A DNA stretch of 64,000 nucleotides from Candidatus Thorarchaeota archaeon (GCA_003345545.1 PRDH01000044.1:1-64000); one strand, 5' to 3'. Shown: positions 19,726-29,900, counted from the first letter of the stretch. Numbers and translations are program-made. Notes: generated from the sequence alone by a model not told the origin.

Positions 19726-21372
19726 TCACTGGCCGGTCTTGTAGGGTTTGCTGATGCTTTCCTCTTCCACTTGAGTTGGTCTGTGGCCTTTGCGCCACTC
19801 CTCGATAGGCCTTGAGAACTTCTCCTCCACTCGTGACCTATGAATTGTGTTCATGGTACAGAATGGAATGATTCTGCCATCGGGTACTGCGTAGTTGACA
19901 TCACAGTGCTGTACGCGCTCAAGATCGAAGTTGTAAGGGTCTTGAAAGTGCATTATTCCAAGCATGATCACGCGTCGCATGAATTTGGCAAGTGAGTCAT
20001 AGTCTCCACGTTTGAGAAATGCGCTGAGCAAGTCCTTGAGAATTCCCTTCTTCTTGATATGACGAACACCAGCAGCCAGCTTTGCCTTTGCACGTGTACT
20101 GGCACCGGCCTTCTGATCAGCATAGAGATTAGATATCTCTTCTAAGAGAACCAGGAAACTGTCAACATCGATGACCTGAGTGATTGGCTTGTAGCTGCCG
20201 TCTTCGTCGATGAAGATGAAAGTGGACATACCGCAGGCAAAGTGCGAACTGAGCTCCAGCTCAGGGCCACCCTTGATCATACCGAGGGCACGACCAACTG
20301 GCATCATCGAGGGGACCGGATACCAGTCGCTCGCAGGAATCCTGCCGCCAGTCTGCTTTTCGATGAGGTGGATGACATCAGGTATTGTGATGCGCATCTG
20401 ATGGCGAGCTTTGTGGTCGATTCGACCAGTAATGCTCACTGGCTGAAAATTCACGCACCGAATAACGTCACGATTGTCTACTGCAAACTGGACAATATCA
20501 CCTAGTTGGTCATCATTGACGCCACGCACAACCGTGGGAACTAGGACAAGTGACTCCATGCCAATCTCACGTGCATTCTGAATAGCCTGCTTCTTGAGTG
20601 GCAACAAGTCATTTCCTCTAGCTGCAAGATAAGGACCGGGAGTGACACCATCGAACTGCATATAGATGGTTGAGAGACCCGCATTACGCAGTTCCTGTAA
20701 GTACTCCTTGCTCTTTCCAATTCGAATCACGTTACTCGCAATCTGGACATGCCTGAAACCAAGCTGCTTTGCCCATTTGATGTACTGCGGAAGATTCTTG
20801 CTTACAGTCGGTTCACCGCCAGCAAACTGGACAGCCGGGGCTGGAACAGGCAAATTGCTTCGCAGGTTCTTGAGCATTTCAAAGACCTCCTGCGGGTCGG
20901 GCTCATAGATATCGCCACCTTCTGCCGCAACTGCAAAGCAGATCGGACATCGCAGATTACACCGGTTGGTGACGTCTATTAGCGCTAGAGCTGTATGTGA
21001 TTTGTGCTCTGGACATTGACCACAGTCCTCTGGGCAACCTTTCACGGTTTCCGTTCGAGGATTATCCAGCCCTACCGACTTGTACCACCAAGTCTGAGCT
21101 TTCTTGAATAGTTCAACATCGCCCCAATAAACATCAATGAACTCCCCGTGTTTCTCACAGGTCTTCTTGTACATTACCTTGCCGTTTTCCTCGTATAGAG
21201 TTGCATCGATGACATGAACTTCGTCATCAGTAAGCAAACACTCTGGACAAATGGATTGAGTTGTATAGGGGAGCTCCCTTACAGGATACTTCTGAACATG
21301 ATACCTTGAGAGGTCACTTTCCGTGTGCTTAACTGGCGTCTCAGGTACCGGTTTTACATCATCTGTGGCCAT
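19726..21372 (-). CDS. tes: Tetraether lipid synthase (Tes / GDGT-MAS; MJ0619-like radical SAM)
   Basis: N-terminal CPEC...CEKH, CPEDCGQCPEH, radical SAM motif CNLRCPIC, GGEPT, HFACG, C-terminal HFQDPYNFDLERVQHC...GRIIPFC. Confidence 0.88.
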   Translation of the reverse strand: MATDDVKPVPETPVKHTESDLSRYHVQKYPVRELPYTTQSICPECLLTDDEVHVIDATLYEENGKVMYKKTCEKHGEFIDVYWGDVELFKKAQTWWYKSVGLDNPRTETVKGCPEDCGQCPEHKSHTALALIDVTNRCNLRCPICFAVAAEGGDIYEPDPQEVFEMLKNLRSNLPVPAPAVQFAGGEPTVSKNLPQYIKWAKQLGFRHVQIASNVIRIGKSKEYLQELRNAGLSTIYMQFDGVTPGPYLAARGNDLLPLKKQAIQNAREIGMESLVLVPTVVRGVNDDQLGDIVQFAVDNRDVIRCVNFQPVSITGRIDHKARHQMRITIPDVIHLIEKQTGGRIPASDWYPVPSMMPVGRALGMIKGGPELELSSHFACGMSTFIFIDEDGSYKPITQVIDVDSFLVLLEEISNLYADQKAGASTRAKAKLAAGVRHIKKKGILKDLLSAFLKRGDYDSLAKFMRRVIMLGIMHFQDPYNFDLERVQHCDVNYAVPDGRIIPFCTMNTIHRSRVEEKFSRPIEEWRKGHRPTQVEEESISKPYKTGQ

Positions 21373-21498
21373 ACTTGCTAGCTCCTTAGTCGAATATTAC
21401 CACCACTGGACAGGGTGGTATGTGATGGCCGGACGCGTAGGATGAAGAATATAACCTTTGTCAGATGTTTCAGAGTATGTAGAGTGAGCTTTCGTGTA

Positions 21499-21825
21499 CT
21501 ACATGTCTGGGTCTTGCATGAGGATGTACCCTTGCTTGAAGCCGCCCCTGAACAATCTCTTGGTTTCGCGTTGGAGGTCCAACATTGCTCGGTCAGTCTT
21601 TCGTAGATCAAGCAGAGCATCCAATGCCTCAAGGATATCTACAATCTCCTCAGAGTCCCCCGACTCGAGGAACTCCTGGGCCTCCTCGACGATTTTGGCC
21701 CTCAGAAAACGGTCGAGCTCTCGAGAAGTAGCAACACGGACTTCAGGATTGAATCCCTTTTCCCGAATGATTTCAGGTATCTTATCTCGTACCAGTTTCT
21801 CCACCATGTTTTGTCCCTCACACAT
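21499..21825 (-). CDS. MazG-like / all-alpha NTP pyrophosphohydrolase
   Basis: KLVRDKIPEII, KIVEEAQEF, EEIVDILE, RGGF. True start probably MVEK at 21807. Confidence 0.85.
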   Translation of the reverse strand: MCEGQNMVEKLVRDKIPEIIREKGFNPEVRVATSRELDRFLRAKIVEEAQEFLESGDSEEIVDILEALDALLDLRKTDRAMLDLQRETKRLFRGGFKQGYILMQDPDM

Positions 21826-21829
21826 AGTT

Positions 21830-22534
21830 CTACCTTAGTGCTAACGCAGCCTCAACTTGGAATTTCGCCGCTGAGAGGAATGAGTCGATGGCAGCCTTTA
21901 CAGTGCCTGGGAGTTCGTCTGTCCAGGGGGAGGGATCGTCACGAGCAGTCGATCCAGTCATAGACTCAAAGGGGAGGAACTTGGCTTTGAATTTCCCATC
22001 AAACGAAATTGTGCCAAGCCACTGACCGTCTTTGACCAGTTCGTAAGTGGGAAGGAACTTCCTCATAGAGTCTGGTATGATGGCATTCCAGTAGATTGAC
22101 ATGCCATTGAACTGTCCGAGCTTGCCAAGACCTATACTGTAAGTATCAAGGGTGGCTTTTGCAGTCACAAGTCTATAGAGAATGACTATTCTGCAATTCA
22201 GACACTGATTGAATTCAAGGCCATCACCATTTGGCTGAACGTAGGCAATCCCGTTCTTCTCAATGTTGTCATCATTGCAGTGGACGCATAGGTTCATCCC
22301 CCATCGGACCTGAATATGCTCACTAAGTGGACCCTTTACGAATCTGGTGATTGCGTTTTCAAAAGCAGTCTTAACATCAGCAGGATCTTCAGAATCCATT
22401 TTGTGACGTATTGCTTGCCACACTTCCAGTATGTTTTGCCACAGAACTCGGATTACCATATCTGCAAGCTTGTCGAAGGATCTTTCTTCAAGAGCGCTCG
22501 TCCAGAACACCTCAACCTTATTTCTGCAGGACAA
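21830..22534 (-). CDS. Hypothetical protein with CxxC...CxxC putative zinc site
   Basis: 234-aa ORF directly upstream of the MazG-like gene; CVHC and CLNC. Confidence 0.6.
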   Translation of the reverse strand: MSCRNKVEVFWTSALEERSFDKLADMVIRVLWQNILEVWQAIRHKMDSEDPADVKTAFENAITRFVKGPLSEHIQVRWGMNLCVHCNDDNIEKNGIAYVQPNGDGLEFNQCLNCRIVILYRLVTAKATLDTYSIGLGKLGQFNGMSIYWNAIIPDSMRKFLPTYELVKDGQWLGTISFDGKFKAKFLPFESMTGSTARDDPSPWTDELPGTVKAAIDSFLSAAKFQVEAALALR

Positions 22535-22784
22535 CCTATTGCAGTGACCAATTAAATCTTGGTTGGACCTATAGGATGGTCAATTTGGCTTAGCCTAAGA
22601 TTTTTAACCAAGTCGAAGATGAGAGTCTAGAGAGCCCCTACAGGTGAGAAAGGATGGATTATCAAATCGACTAGGCAAGTAGCACTATCACCTAGTGATG
22701 GACATGCATGGTTCTCATCTGCGGATGGTGGCAATCAATCGCTTTCTTACTATTGCAGCAACGAATACCTGAGAGGACACTGAG

Positions 22785-25700
22785 ATGAGCTCATTACCGA
22801 AACGATATGAACCGCTTGCCCTAGAAGAAGAGGTCCTTGATTTCTGGGAGAGAGAGAGAATCTACGACAAGACCATCGAACTCAGAAGTACGGGGCCAAG
22901 ATGGAATTTTCTTGAGGGCCCTCCTACAACAAATGGATTCATGCATGTTGGGCACGCTCGAGGTCGAGCCATGAAAGACGCACAGATCAGGTACATGACC
23001 ATGCGGGGCTACAATGTATGGCGCCGTGGCGGATGGGACATGCAGGGTCTGCCCGTGGAACTTGAAGTTGAGAAGAAAGAGGGTATTGTTGAGAAGGGGC
23101 TAATCGGGTCGAATCTCGGAATGGATGTGTTCGTCAAGAAATGCAAAGAACTCGTAGACTTCTATCTAGAGAGATGGGTCAACGATTCAGTTAGGCTAGG
23201 TCTGTGGCTGGACTATCCATCAGCCTATCAGACTCGAAGGGATGACTACATAGAACATGTCTGGTACTTCCTCAAACTTGCAAACGAAAAAGGACTGCTG
23301 GGCAGAGGTTATCGAGTCAATCCAATCTGCCCACGATGTGTCACAGCACTCTCGGAGCACGAGGTCTCTCAGGGGTACTTGATGAAGACAGATCCTTCGA
23401 TATATGTCAAGTTCAAGCTCGTGGACAGGGAGAATGAGTACTTGGTCATCTGGACCACGACTCCATTCACTCTGATCTCGAACGAGATGGTTTCTGTACA
23501 CCCAGACTGCAAGTATGTCAAGGTCAAGGTCGAAGGCGAACTCTGGTGGCTCGTCGAGGACAGAGTAGAAGATGTAATGCGGAAAGCAAAGAAGAAATCG
23601 TATGAGATTGTCGACTCACTCTTGGGCAAGAAAATGCTTGGATGGAAATATGAACATCCATTCAAGGATGAGGTCCCGTTCCATCGGGCGCATGATGAGA
23701 AATACATGCATGCAGTTGTCACAGGTACCCATGTCACCGTAGTGGATGGTACGGGACTTGTGCATACGGCACCCGGATTTGGGCCCGATGACTTCAATGT
23801 TGGTAGAGAGTTCGAGGTTCCAGTTCTTGCGCCAGTGACAGGGTCAGGCAAATTCACATCGGAGGTACCTATGTTCGAGGGAAGATTCGTCTTTGATACG
23901 AACCCTGAGGTTCCGAGGCTGCTTGAGAAGAAGGGGCTTCTCGTCCATGAAGAAACTCTGGAACATGAGTATCCTCACTGCTGGAGATGTGACACTCCTC
24001 TCATCTACCTCGCGGACAAGACTCAGTGGTTCCTGAAGATGACAGGAGTACGAGAACGACTGGTCAAGGAGAATAGCATAGTAGAGTGGACACCGGAGTG
24101 GGCAGGAACAGGTCGTTTTGGAGACTGGGTGGCAAATGCAGATGATTGGTGTATATCGCGATCCAGAGTCTGGGGCTCCCCGCTTCCGGTGTGGATTTGC
24201 GATGATTGTAAGTCAGAAATCGTCATAGGTTCCCGAAAGGAGCTGAAAGAACATGCAATAAGAATGCCAAAGGACTTTGAGATGCATAGACCCTGGGCCG
24301 ACAAGGTCGTTCTCAAGTGTGAGAGGTGCGGGGGCAAGATGCATCGCGAGAAGTTCGTGACGGACTGCTGGCTAGACTCAGGCATGGCGCACACTGCGAG
24401 CTTGGATTATCTGAAGGACCCAGCATTGCATAAGCAGCTCTTTCCCTTTGACTTCATAACGGAGGCAGTGGACCAGTCAAGAGGATGGTTCTACAGCCTG
24501 CTCTATACTTCAGTTGTCATGCATGACAAAGCACCCTTCAAAGCAGCCGTGAGTCAAGAGCATGTTTTGGACGAGGATGGGGGAAAAATGAGCAAATCAA
24601 GAGGAAATGTCGTCTGGGCACAGGATGCATTTGCTAGCATAGGAGCAGATCCATTCCGCGCATTTGTACTGACTCGGTCGGCATCATGGTCTCGAATGAA
24701 CTACGACTCAAAGGAGATAGAGCTCACTCGGAAGAAACTGGACGTTCTCTGGAATGTTGTGCTCTTCACGGAAACCTACATGGACCTTGACGACTTCAAG
24801 TTCAATGAGAAGCGGATGATGAAGTCGCTGCCTAATGCGAATATAGAGGATAGGTGGATATTATCCAGGCTCCAGAGTGTGGTCAAAGAGTACCATGAGC
24901 AGATGAAGAAGTACCTGTGGCATCAGGCAGGACGAATCCTTCTTGATTTCATATCTGAAGACCTCAGCAGAGTGTATCTACCATTGGTGAAAAAACGTGT
25001 CTGGCTGGACAGCGAGGATCCAAAGAAAGTGATGGCATACGATGTCATTTACTATACGCTTCAGACCTTTCTGAGAGCCCTTAACCCATTCACTCCGTTT
25101 CTATGTGAGAAACTCCACAAAGACTTCCTTGTGAGATTTGCTGATGGTCTTCCCGAGTCCATCAACTTGACAGATATGCCGATGCCTGTAGAGAAGATGA
25201 TAGACACAGAAATGGAGTCGACGTTCGATGTGCTTCAAGAACTCAGGAGCGCCTCAAGCTATGCTAGGAACAAGAAGGGCGTCAAACTGAGACACCCCGT
25301 CGCGAAAGTCATACTCATAGCTGTAGATGATGAAATCAGTTCGAGAGCCGAGAGCCTGAGAGATCTCTTGCTAGATGATCTCAACACTAGGGCCTTCGAG
25401 GTGCGACGAACAGATGTCATGGCCGAATTCACACAGCTCTCAGTCAAGCCAAACTACAAGGCACTCGGTCCAAAGTACAAGGACATGATGAAGCAACTGG
25501 TCGCAGCACTTCAGGAAGCCAATGCAGTCAAACTCCGTGCAGACTTGGAGAAAGGGAAGGCAGGAGTTGTTGTTGCAGGAAAGAAACTCAAATTGGTCGA
25601 GGGGGACCTAGAGTTTGTGGAGAGCCTCCCAGACCATCTCAGCTTTGCTGAAAGTAATGTTGGCAAGGTCTACATTGATGTGACACGTACGAAGGAACTT

Positions 25701-25982
25701 GAGGCTGAAGGGCTTGTGAGAGATGTGACAAGGCGGGTTCAGGTCATGAGAAAGGAACTAGACCTCAAGGTCGAACAGTCAATTGACCTGGTACTTCAAT
25801 TCTCTGAGGATGAATCGGTCGAACTGGCAGAGATGTTCAAGACACATTTGATAAACGAAACGCGGGCACAGTCATTGAATCTTGTGGGTCCTAAGAAGGT
25901 GCCAGATTGGGGAAAGTATCACTATGTCAAGGATTGGCAGATAGATGACCTTAGCTTAAAGGTAGGAATAAACCCCCTGTAG
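22785..25982 (+). CDS. ileS: Isoleucine--tRNA ligase
   Basis: EGPPTTNG..HVGH (HIGH motif), WTTTP, DWCISRSR.WG, DQSRGWF, KMSKS. Confidence 0.96.
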   Translation: MSSLPKRYEPLALEEEVLDFWERERIYDKTIELRSTGPRWNFLEGPPTTNGFMHVGHARGRAMKDAQIRYMTMRGYNVWRRGGWDMQGLPVELEVEKKEGIVEKGLIGSNLGMDVFVKKCKELVDFYLERWVNDSVRLGLWLDYPSAYQTRRDDYIEHVWYFLKLANEKGLLGRGYRVNPICPRCVTALSEHEVSQGYLMKTDPSIYVKFKLVDRENEYLVIWTTTPFTLISNEMVSVHPDCKYVKVKVEGELWWLVEDRVEDVMRKAKKKSYEIVDSLLGKKMLGWKYEHPFKDEVPFHRAHDEKYMHAVVTGTHVTVVDGTGLVHTAPGFGPDDFNVGREFEVPVLAPVTGSGKFTSEVPMFEGRFVFDTNPEVPRLLEKKGLLVHEETLEHEYPHCWRCDTPLIYLADKTQWFLKMTGVRERLVKENSIVEWTPEWAGTGRFGDWVANADDWCISRSRVWGSPLPVWICDDCKSEIVIGSRKELKEHAIRMPKDFEMHRPWADKVVLKCERCGGKMHREKFVTDCWLDSGMAHTASLDYLKDPALHKQLFPFDFITEAVDQSRGWFYSLLYTSVVMHDKAPFKAAVSQEHVLDEDGGKMSKSRGNVVWAQDAFASIGADPFRAFVLTRSASWSRMNYDSKEIELTRKKLDVLWNVVLFTETYMDLDDFKFNEKRMMKSLPNANIEDRWILSRLQSVVKEYHEQMKKYLWHQAGRILLDFISEDLSRVYLPLVKKRVWLDSEDPKKVMAYDVIYYTLQTFLRALNPFTPFLCEKLHKDFLVRFADGLPESINLTDMPMPVEKMIDTEMESTFDVLQELRSASSYARNKKGVKLRHPVAKVILIAVDDEISSRAESLRDLLLDDLNTRAFEVRRTDVMAEFTQLSVKPNYKALGPKYKDMMKQLVAALQEANAVKLRADLEKGKAGVVVAGKKLKLVEGDLEFVESLPDHLSFAESNVGKVYIDVTRTKELEAEGLVRDVTRRVQVMRKELDLKVEQSIDLVLQFSEDESVELAEMFKTHLINETRAQSLNLVGPKKVPDWGKYHYVKDWQIDDLSLKVGINPL

Positions 25983-25986
25983 GTAC

Positions 25987-27324
25987 CTACTCGGAGTTCT
26001 TCTCTCTTGTCAAAACTTCTATCATCGTGTGGAATACTTCGGCATTCTCTCTAAGAGATGGCAATGATACCCATTCATTGGCACCATGCAGATTATCGCC
26101 TTCCGGGCCAAAATCGAAAAGGTCTGCACCTTGTCCCGCAAAGTACCGTGAGTCAGAACCTCCAAATCCTTCGATAATGCTGTAGAAGACACCCTTTTTG
26201 TTGAGAGCCCATTCCATTGCCCGAATCAGGCGTGAATCAGGGGCAACATCAACATAGCCGGCTCCGCCTAGCACTTTCAACGAAGACAGCTCCAATTTGC
26301 CCTTCACTGCCTCTCGAATTGATTGTTCTACTTCATCATTGTTATTCGTCATCGCTCGCACATCACAGTACAGAGTCCAGATGTCGCTTTCTTTCGAGAG
26401 GAGGTTGGGACTGATGATCTTCCCTTTGTCGGAGTGTCTTGTAGGAAAGGCTGCCTGTGAGATAGCCAGAAGGACTCGTAAGAGCTTGGTCAGTGCAATG
26501 TCGTAGGTGGATTCAACTCCAGAAGAGTCTGGATGGACAACATCCAGCTCTACCCAGTCAGGTACGACATTCGACTTCAAGAACGCACCTCTCACGTCAG
26601 AAACTACAGTTTCAGGATGCATGTCCAGATACTTTGAGGCAGTGAGCATTGCATGCCGGTCTACACCGGGTCTGAGATATGCACTATGACGAGTGTTTGA
26701 GCCGTAGGTTTCGGTCGTGAAGCGAACGGTTTCGGGCTTGCCCCTCACCTTCGCTTTATTTGCATCCACCTTCACGTAGGTAGGAAGAATATTGCGGCGT
26801 CTATGTATGATTTGCTGGTGGATGCCGTCCGCGACCACAACGTAATCAGGAAACAGTCCATGCTTGACTAGCCAGTCCCTAAGCATTCCAGCTCCATTTC
26901 GCCCGCCTATCTCCTCGTCGCCAGTCATGGCAAACATGACAGTACATGGAAGGTCAGACTGCATGAGATGTTCAGCAAGGAGAATAAGTGAAACGACATT
27001 TCCCTTGTCATCGCAGGCCCCTCGACCATATGCCACATCGCCATCAATCTTCAGCGATAAGGGATCGCTGTTCCAGCCGCTTCCGAAGGGTACAACATCA
27101 AAATGGGCAAGGAAAAGAATCTTGAAGGCGCCACTGCCTCTTCTGCCAAAGGCTGTGTAATACCCTTCGGATTCCAATAGCTCAGTATGGCAACCAGCAT
27201 CAGTCAGAAGCCTGTTGATATACTCTGGGCATTCTTTACCAGGTTTCTGAGAAGGATCGTCGTTTCTTGTGTCAAAAGCCACAAGTTTGGCAAGGACATC
27301 GAACAGATTAGTCGTCATAATCAA
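25987..27324 (-). CDS. M20 family metallopeptidase/deacylase (ArgE/DapE-like)
   Basis: AHFDVVP, GRGACDDKG, DEEIGG, GGSD, HGANE. Confidence 0.88.
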   Translation of the reverse strand: MIMTTNLFDVLAKLVAFDTRNDDPSQKPGKECPEYINRLLTDAGCHTELLESEGYYTAFGRRGSGAFKILFLAHFDVVPFGSGWNSDPLSLKIDGDVAYGRGACDDKGNVVSLILLAEHLMQSDLPCTVMFAMTGDEEIGGRNGAGMLRDWLVKHGLFPDYVVVADGIHQQIIHRRRNILPTYVKVDANKAKVRGKPETVRFTTETYGSNTRHSAYLRPGVDRHAMLTASKYLDMHPETVVSDVRGAFLKSNVVPDWVELDVVHPDSSGVESTYDIALTKLLRVLLAISQAAFPTRHSDKGKIISPNLLSKESDIWTLYCDVRAMTNNNDEVEQSIREAVKGKLELSSLKVLGGAGYVDVAPDSRLIRAMEWALNKKGVFYSIIEGFGGSDSRYFAGQGADLFDFGPEGDNLHGANEWVSLPSLRENAEVFHTMIEVLTREKNSE

Positions 27325-27381
27325 TCGGGCAACAAGATATAATGGTTAGTCAAAAGCCTATCCACCGAACAAGATGAAACG

Positions 27382-27424
27382 AAAAAAAGAGTATGTCAGG
27401 AGATGTTCGGATGAACATCCCCTG
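27382..27424 (-). terminator. Stem-loop plus U-tract terminator of the EF-2 paralog gene
   Basis: Minus strand reads caggggatgttc-atcc-gaacatctcctg followed by a T7 tract. Confidence 0.65.
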
Positions 27425-27440
27425 CGGTAGTCGATTGAGC

Positions 27441-29654
27441 TTATGTTCGTTTGTAGACCCATCTGCTCCACGAAGCCAAATTGGGCATCTCCTCGGCCAT
27501 CTTCTTTCTCTTCCGAATCTCCAGAATAATCTCTTCCTGCAGATTGCTGGGTAGAACATCAAAACCATGGAACTGATAGCCAAAGAAGCTGCGACCCGCG
27601 GTTGCGCTTCTGAATTCATCAGCAATACCGATGGTTTCTGCAGTGGGTAGAGTCCCCCTCACGGTGACTGTATCCTCTTCACCCTCAATCGTAATGATTT
27701 GACCCCGGTGACCTGTAAGGACCTTAATCACTTGGCCCTGTGTATCAGTTGGGGTCTTGATGTCCGTATCAAGAACAGGCTCGAACAGCCCAGGCCTTCC
27801 TGTGAGGAACCCCATATTGAGAGCCGCGCTCACCATGGTGGCCACCTCGTTGTACCCGGTGTGCGCTGGATCGTTGTGAACGGTAGCATCAGTCAGTGTG
27901 ACTTTGACACCCATCACCGGTTCGTGTGCTATTGGACCAGCATCAATGAACTCACGGAAAACAGTCTGGAGGTATGAATAGATACGGTCGAATCGCTGTA
28001 CTCCACTCATTCCATCAACTAACATAGATGACTCGTATATATCGAGAATCTTCCGCGCTTCTTTTGCGTCCCAGCCAGCCTCATCACGGAGAATCTGAGC
28101 TCTCTCTCTGTCGTTCATCTCAGCAGTGATCTTCTTCTTACGAATCAGGTCGACTGTCTTATCATCAAGGGGCTCAAGGAACATGCGAACCTTGTTATGA
28201 CCGTTCGGTGATTTGGTGTGGAATTCCTCTCCGCGCTCGGTCATTTTCTCACGATACACAATGATGGGTTCTGAAACCTTGATGGGGACCTGCTCGTTGA
28301 TTCTCTCGGTGAGTATCTCAATCTGAAGTGGGTCGATACCATCAAGGCGATACTCCATTGACTCCTTATCATGAGTGAACCTCGCTGTTGGGTCAGCCAT
28401 GATCCACTTCGATACTACTTCGCCAAGCGTAGCAACGTCTTGAGGATCAATTGGCTTGATGCTCCTACTGACGACCGGCTCGCTCACGTACTCGATGGCT
28501 TCGAAGCCCTTCGTGTCTGAGCCGGGGTCTACGAACGACTCACCACTTGGACACATGAAGCCGAACACAGAGAAGAGATTGCCAGCAGGAACCTCATCCA
28601 TGTCAAGGATATCGGTGATCTCCTGAACTCCTAGGCGCTTGACTTTTGCATTCTGCTTCATATTGACAAGACGTATCTCCTGCCCCGACTTGATTGTTCC
28701 AGAGAACACACGACCTATGAGGGTCGGTCTCTTGCTCTTTGGATCAATGAATATCTTGTTGATAGATCCGATGAGCGGTCCATTGCGGTCGCAGTTCAGA
28801 AGAGCCTGTCCTGCCGGGCTACTCAGATCGCCAGACCATATACGAGGAATCTTGTATTTCTGTGCATCTTTTGGATTTGGAAGGTGTTTCACTATCATCT
28901 CGAGAAGAGCTTCATCCAAAGGAAGATTATCTCTCAGCCATTTATCATCGCCCTTGCTGTACTTCTCAAAGACGATAAGCGGCTTGATGCCCTTCTTCTC
29001 CAGAGTCTTCATTGTGAAAGCCCAACCGGTCTTCGCGCTACCGATGGCTACACTTCCCTCTTGGAAACTGACTCTCCAATCCAGAGCATACTCCTTGGGA
29101 GCTACCTTCTTGATCAGCTGATTGACCTTTGAGATGATGATGTCTATTCTCTCATAGACCTTGGCTGGAGGCAGCTTAAGCTCATTGATAAGGCGATCTA
29201 CCTTGTTAACGAACAGCACTGGTTTGCATGCCTCAGAGCCAACTGCCAGGCCAATGTTTGTCTCGGTCTGCGTCATGACACCCTCGAGAGCATCTACAAG
29301 GATGACCGCCCCATCACTAGCTCTGAGGGCACGTGAAACCTCACCTGTGAATGATAAGTGTCCAGGAGTGTCTGAGAGTTGGACAAGGTACTCCTCGCCT
29401 TCGAGCTCAAAGTGCAACATGACTACTGAAGTGAAGATAGTGATGCCTCTCTCCTGTTCTTCCGCATCACTGTCTGTCATGAGCGCCTTTCCTGTTGCAG
29501 CATCACTCATGAGACCAGCACGGCGCAACAGATAGTCTGTCGTTGTAGTCTTACCATGGTCAATGTGCGCGCTGATTGAAATGATTCTCTTATGCGCATA
29601 GTCATCTGAGAGTATCAGTTTCCTTATCGCATCTGGCTCTTTGATTTTTACCAT
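27441..29654 (-). CDS. Translation elongation factor 2 paralog (aEF-2p type)
   Basis: AHIDHGKTT, RGITI, DTPGH, NKVD, KSPNGHN; diphthamide loop reads HNDPAHTG; not linked to rps12/rps7. Confidence 0.88.
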   Translation of the reverse strand: MVKIKEPDAIRKLILSDDYAHKRIISISAHIDHGKTTTTDYLLRRAGLMSDAATGKALMTDSDAEEQERGITIFTSVVMLHFELEGEEYLVQLSDTPGHLSFTGEVSRALRASDGAVILVDALEGVMTQTETNIGLAVGSEACKPVLFVNKVDRLINELKLPPAKVYERIDIIISKVNQLIKKVAPKEYALDWRVSFQEGSVAIGSAKTGWAFTMKTLEKKGIKPLIVFEKYSKGDDKWLRDNLPLDEALLEMIVKHLPNPKDAQKYKIPRIWSGDLSSPAGQALLNCDRNGPLIGSINKIFIDPKSKRPTLIGRVFSGTIKSGQEIRLVNMKQNAKVKRLGVQEITDILDMDEVPAGNLFSVFGFMCPSGESFVDPGSDTKGFEAIEYVSEPVVSRSIKPIDPQDVATLGEVVSKWIMADPTARFTHDKESMEYRLDGIDPLQIEILTERINEQVPIKVSEPIIVYREKMTERGEEFHTKSPNGHNKVRMFLEPLDDKTVDLIRKKKITAEMNDRERAQILRDEAGWDAKEARKILDIYESSMLVDGMSGVQRFDRIYSYLQTVFREFIDAGPIAHEPVMGVKVTLTDATVHNDPAHTGYNEVATMVSAALNMGFLTGRPGLFEPVLDTDIKTPTDTQGQVIKVLTGHRGQIITIEGEEDTVTVRGTLPTAETIGIADEFRSATAGRSFFGYQFHGFDVLPSNLQEEIILEIRKRKKMAEEMPNLASWSRWVYKRT

Positions 29655-29805
29655 GATGTTACACCATTCTTACTTCTTTTTCCCTCGCGATACTGCAAGC
29701 TAATAACCTGTCCCCAACTCATGAATATGTCACGAGAGAACTCATCGGGGCACCGATAATATCCATACCGGTGGCTTAGGCGAACTCTTTTTTGGAGTCT
29801 TAAAA
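29655..29805 (-). promoter_or_regulatory. TATA-like box plus structured 5' leader of the EF-2 paralog
   Basis: TTTTAA at 29805-29800; two adjacent hairpins (29773-29751 and 29750-29712) whose non-Watson-Crick pairs are G-U on the mRNA strand. Confidence 0.5.
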
Positions 29806-29900
29806 GGATTATGACAGGGAAATGAATTATCCTCCGAAAGATGGTGTTCTACGCTGTGTTCTCCCGAAGAAGGAAGTAGAGGGTAGACATTTTCATGCAT

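Noticed and set aside
19660-19728. UGA stop of tes plus downstream hairpin as a selenocysteine/SECIS signal
   Set aside because: The protein is complete before the UGA, readthrough gives no redox motif, and the hairpin followed by a pyrimidine tract fits a terminator better.
29770-29790. GAGTTCGCC resembling part of a fluoride riboswitch
   Set aside because: The required upstream GGCGATG and downstream pseudoknot partner are absent.
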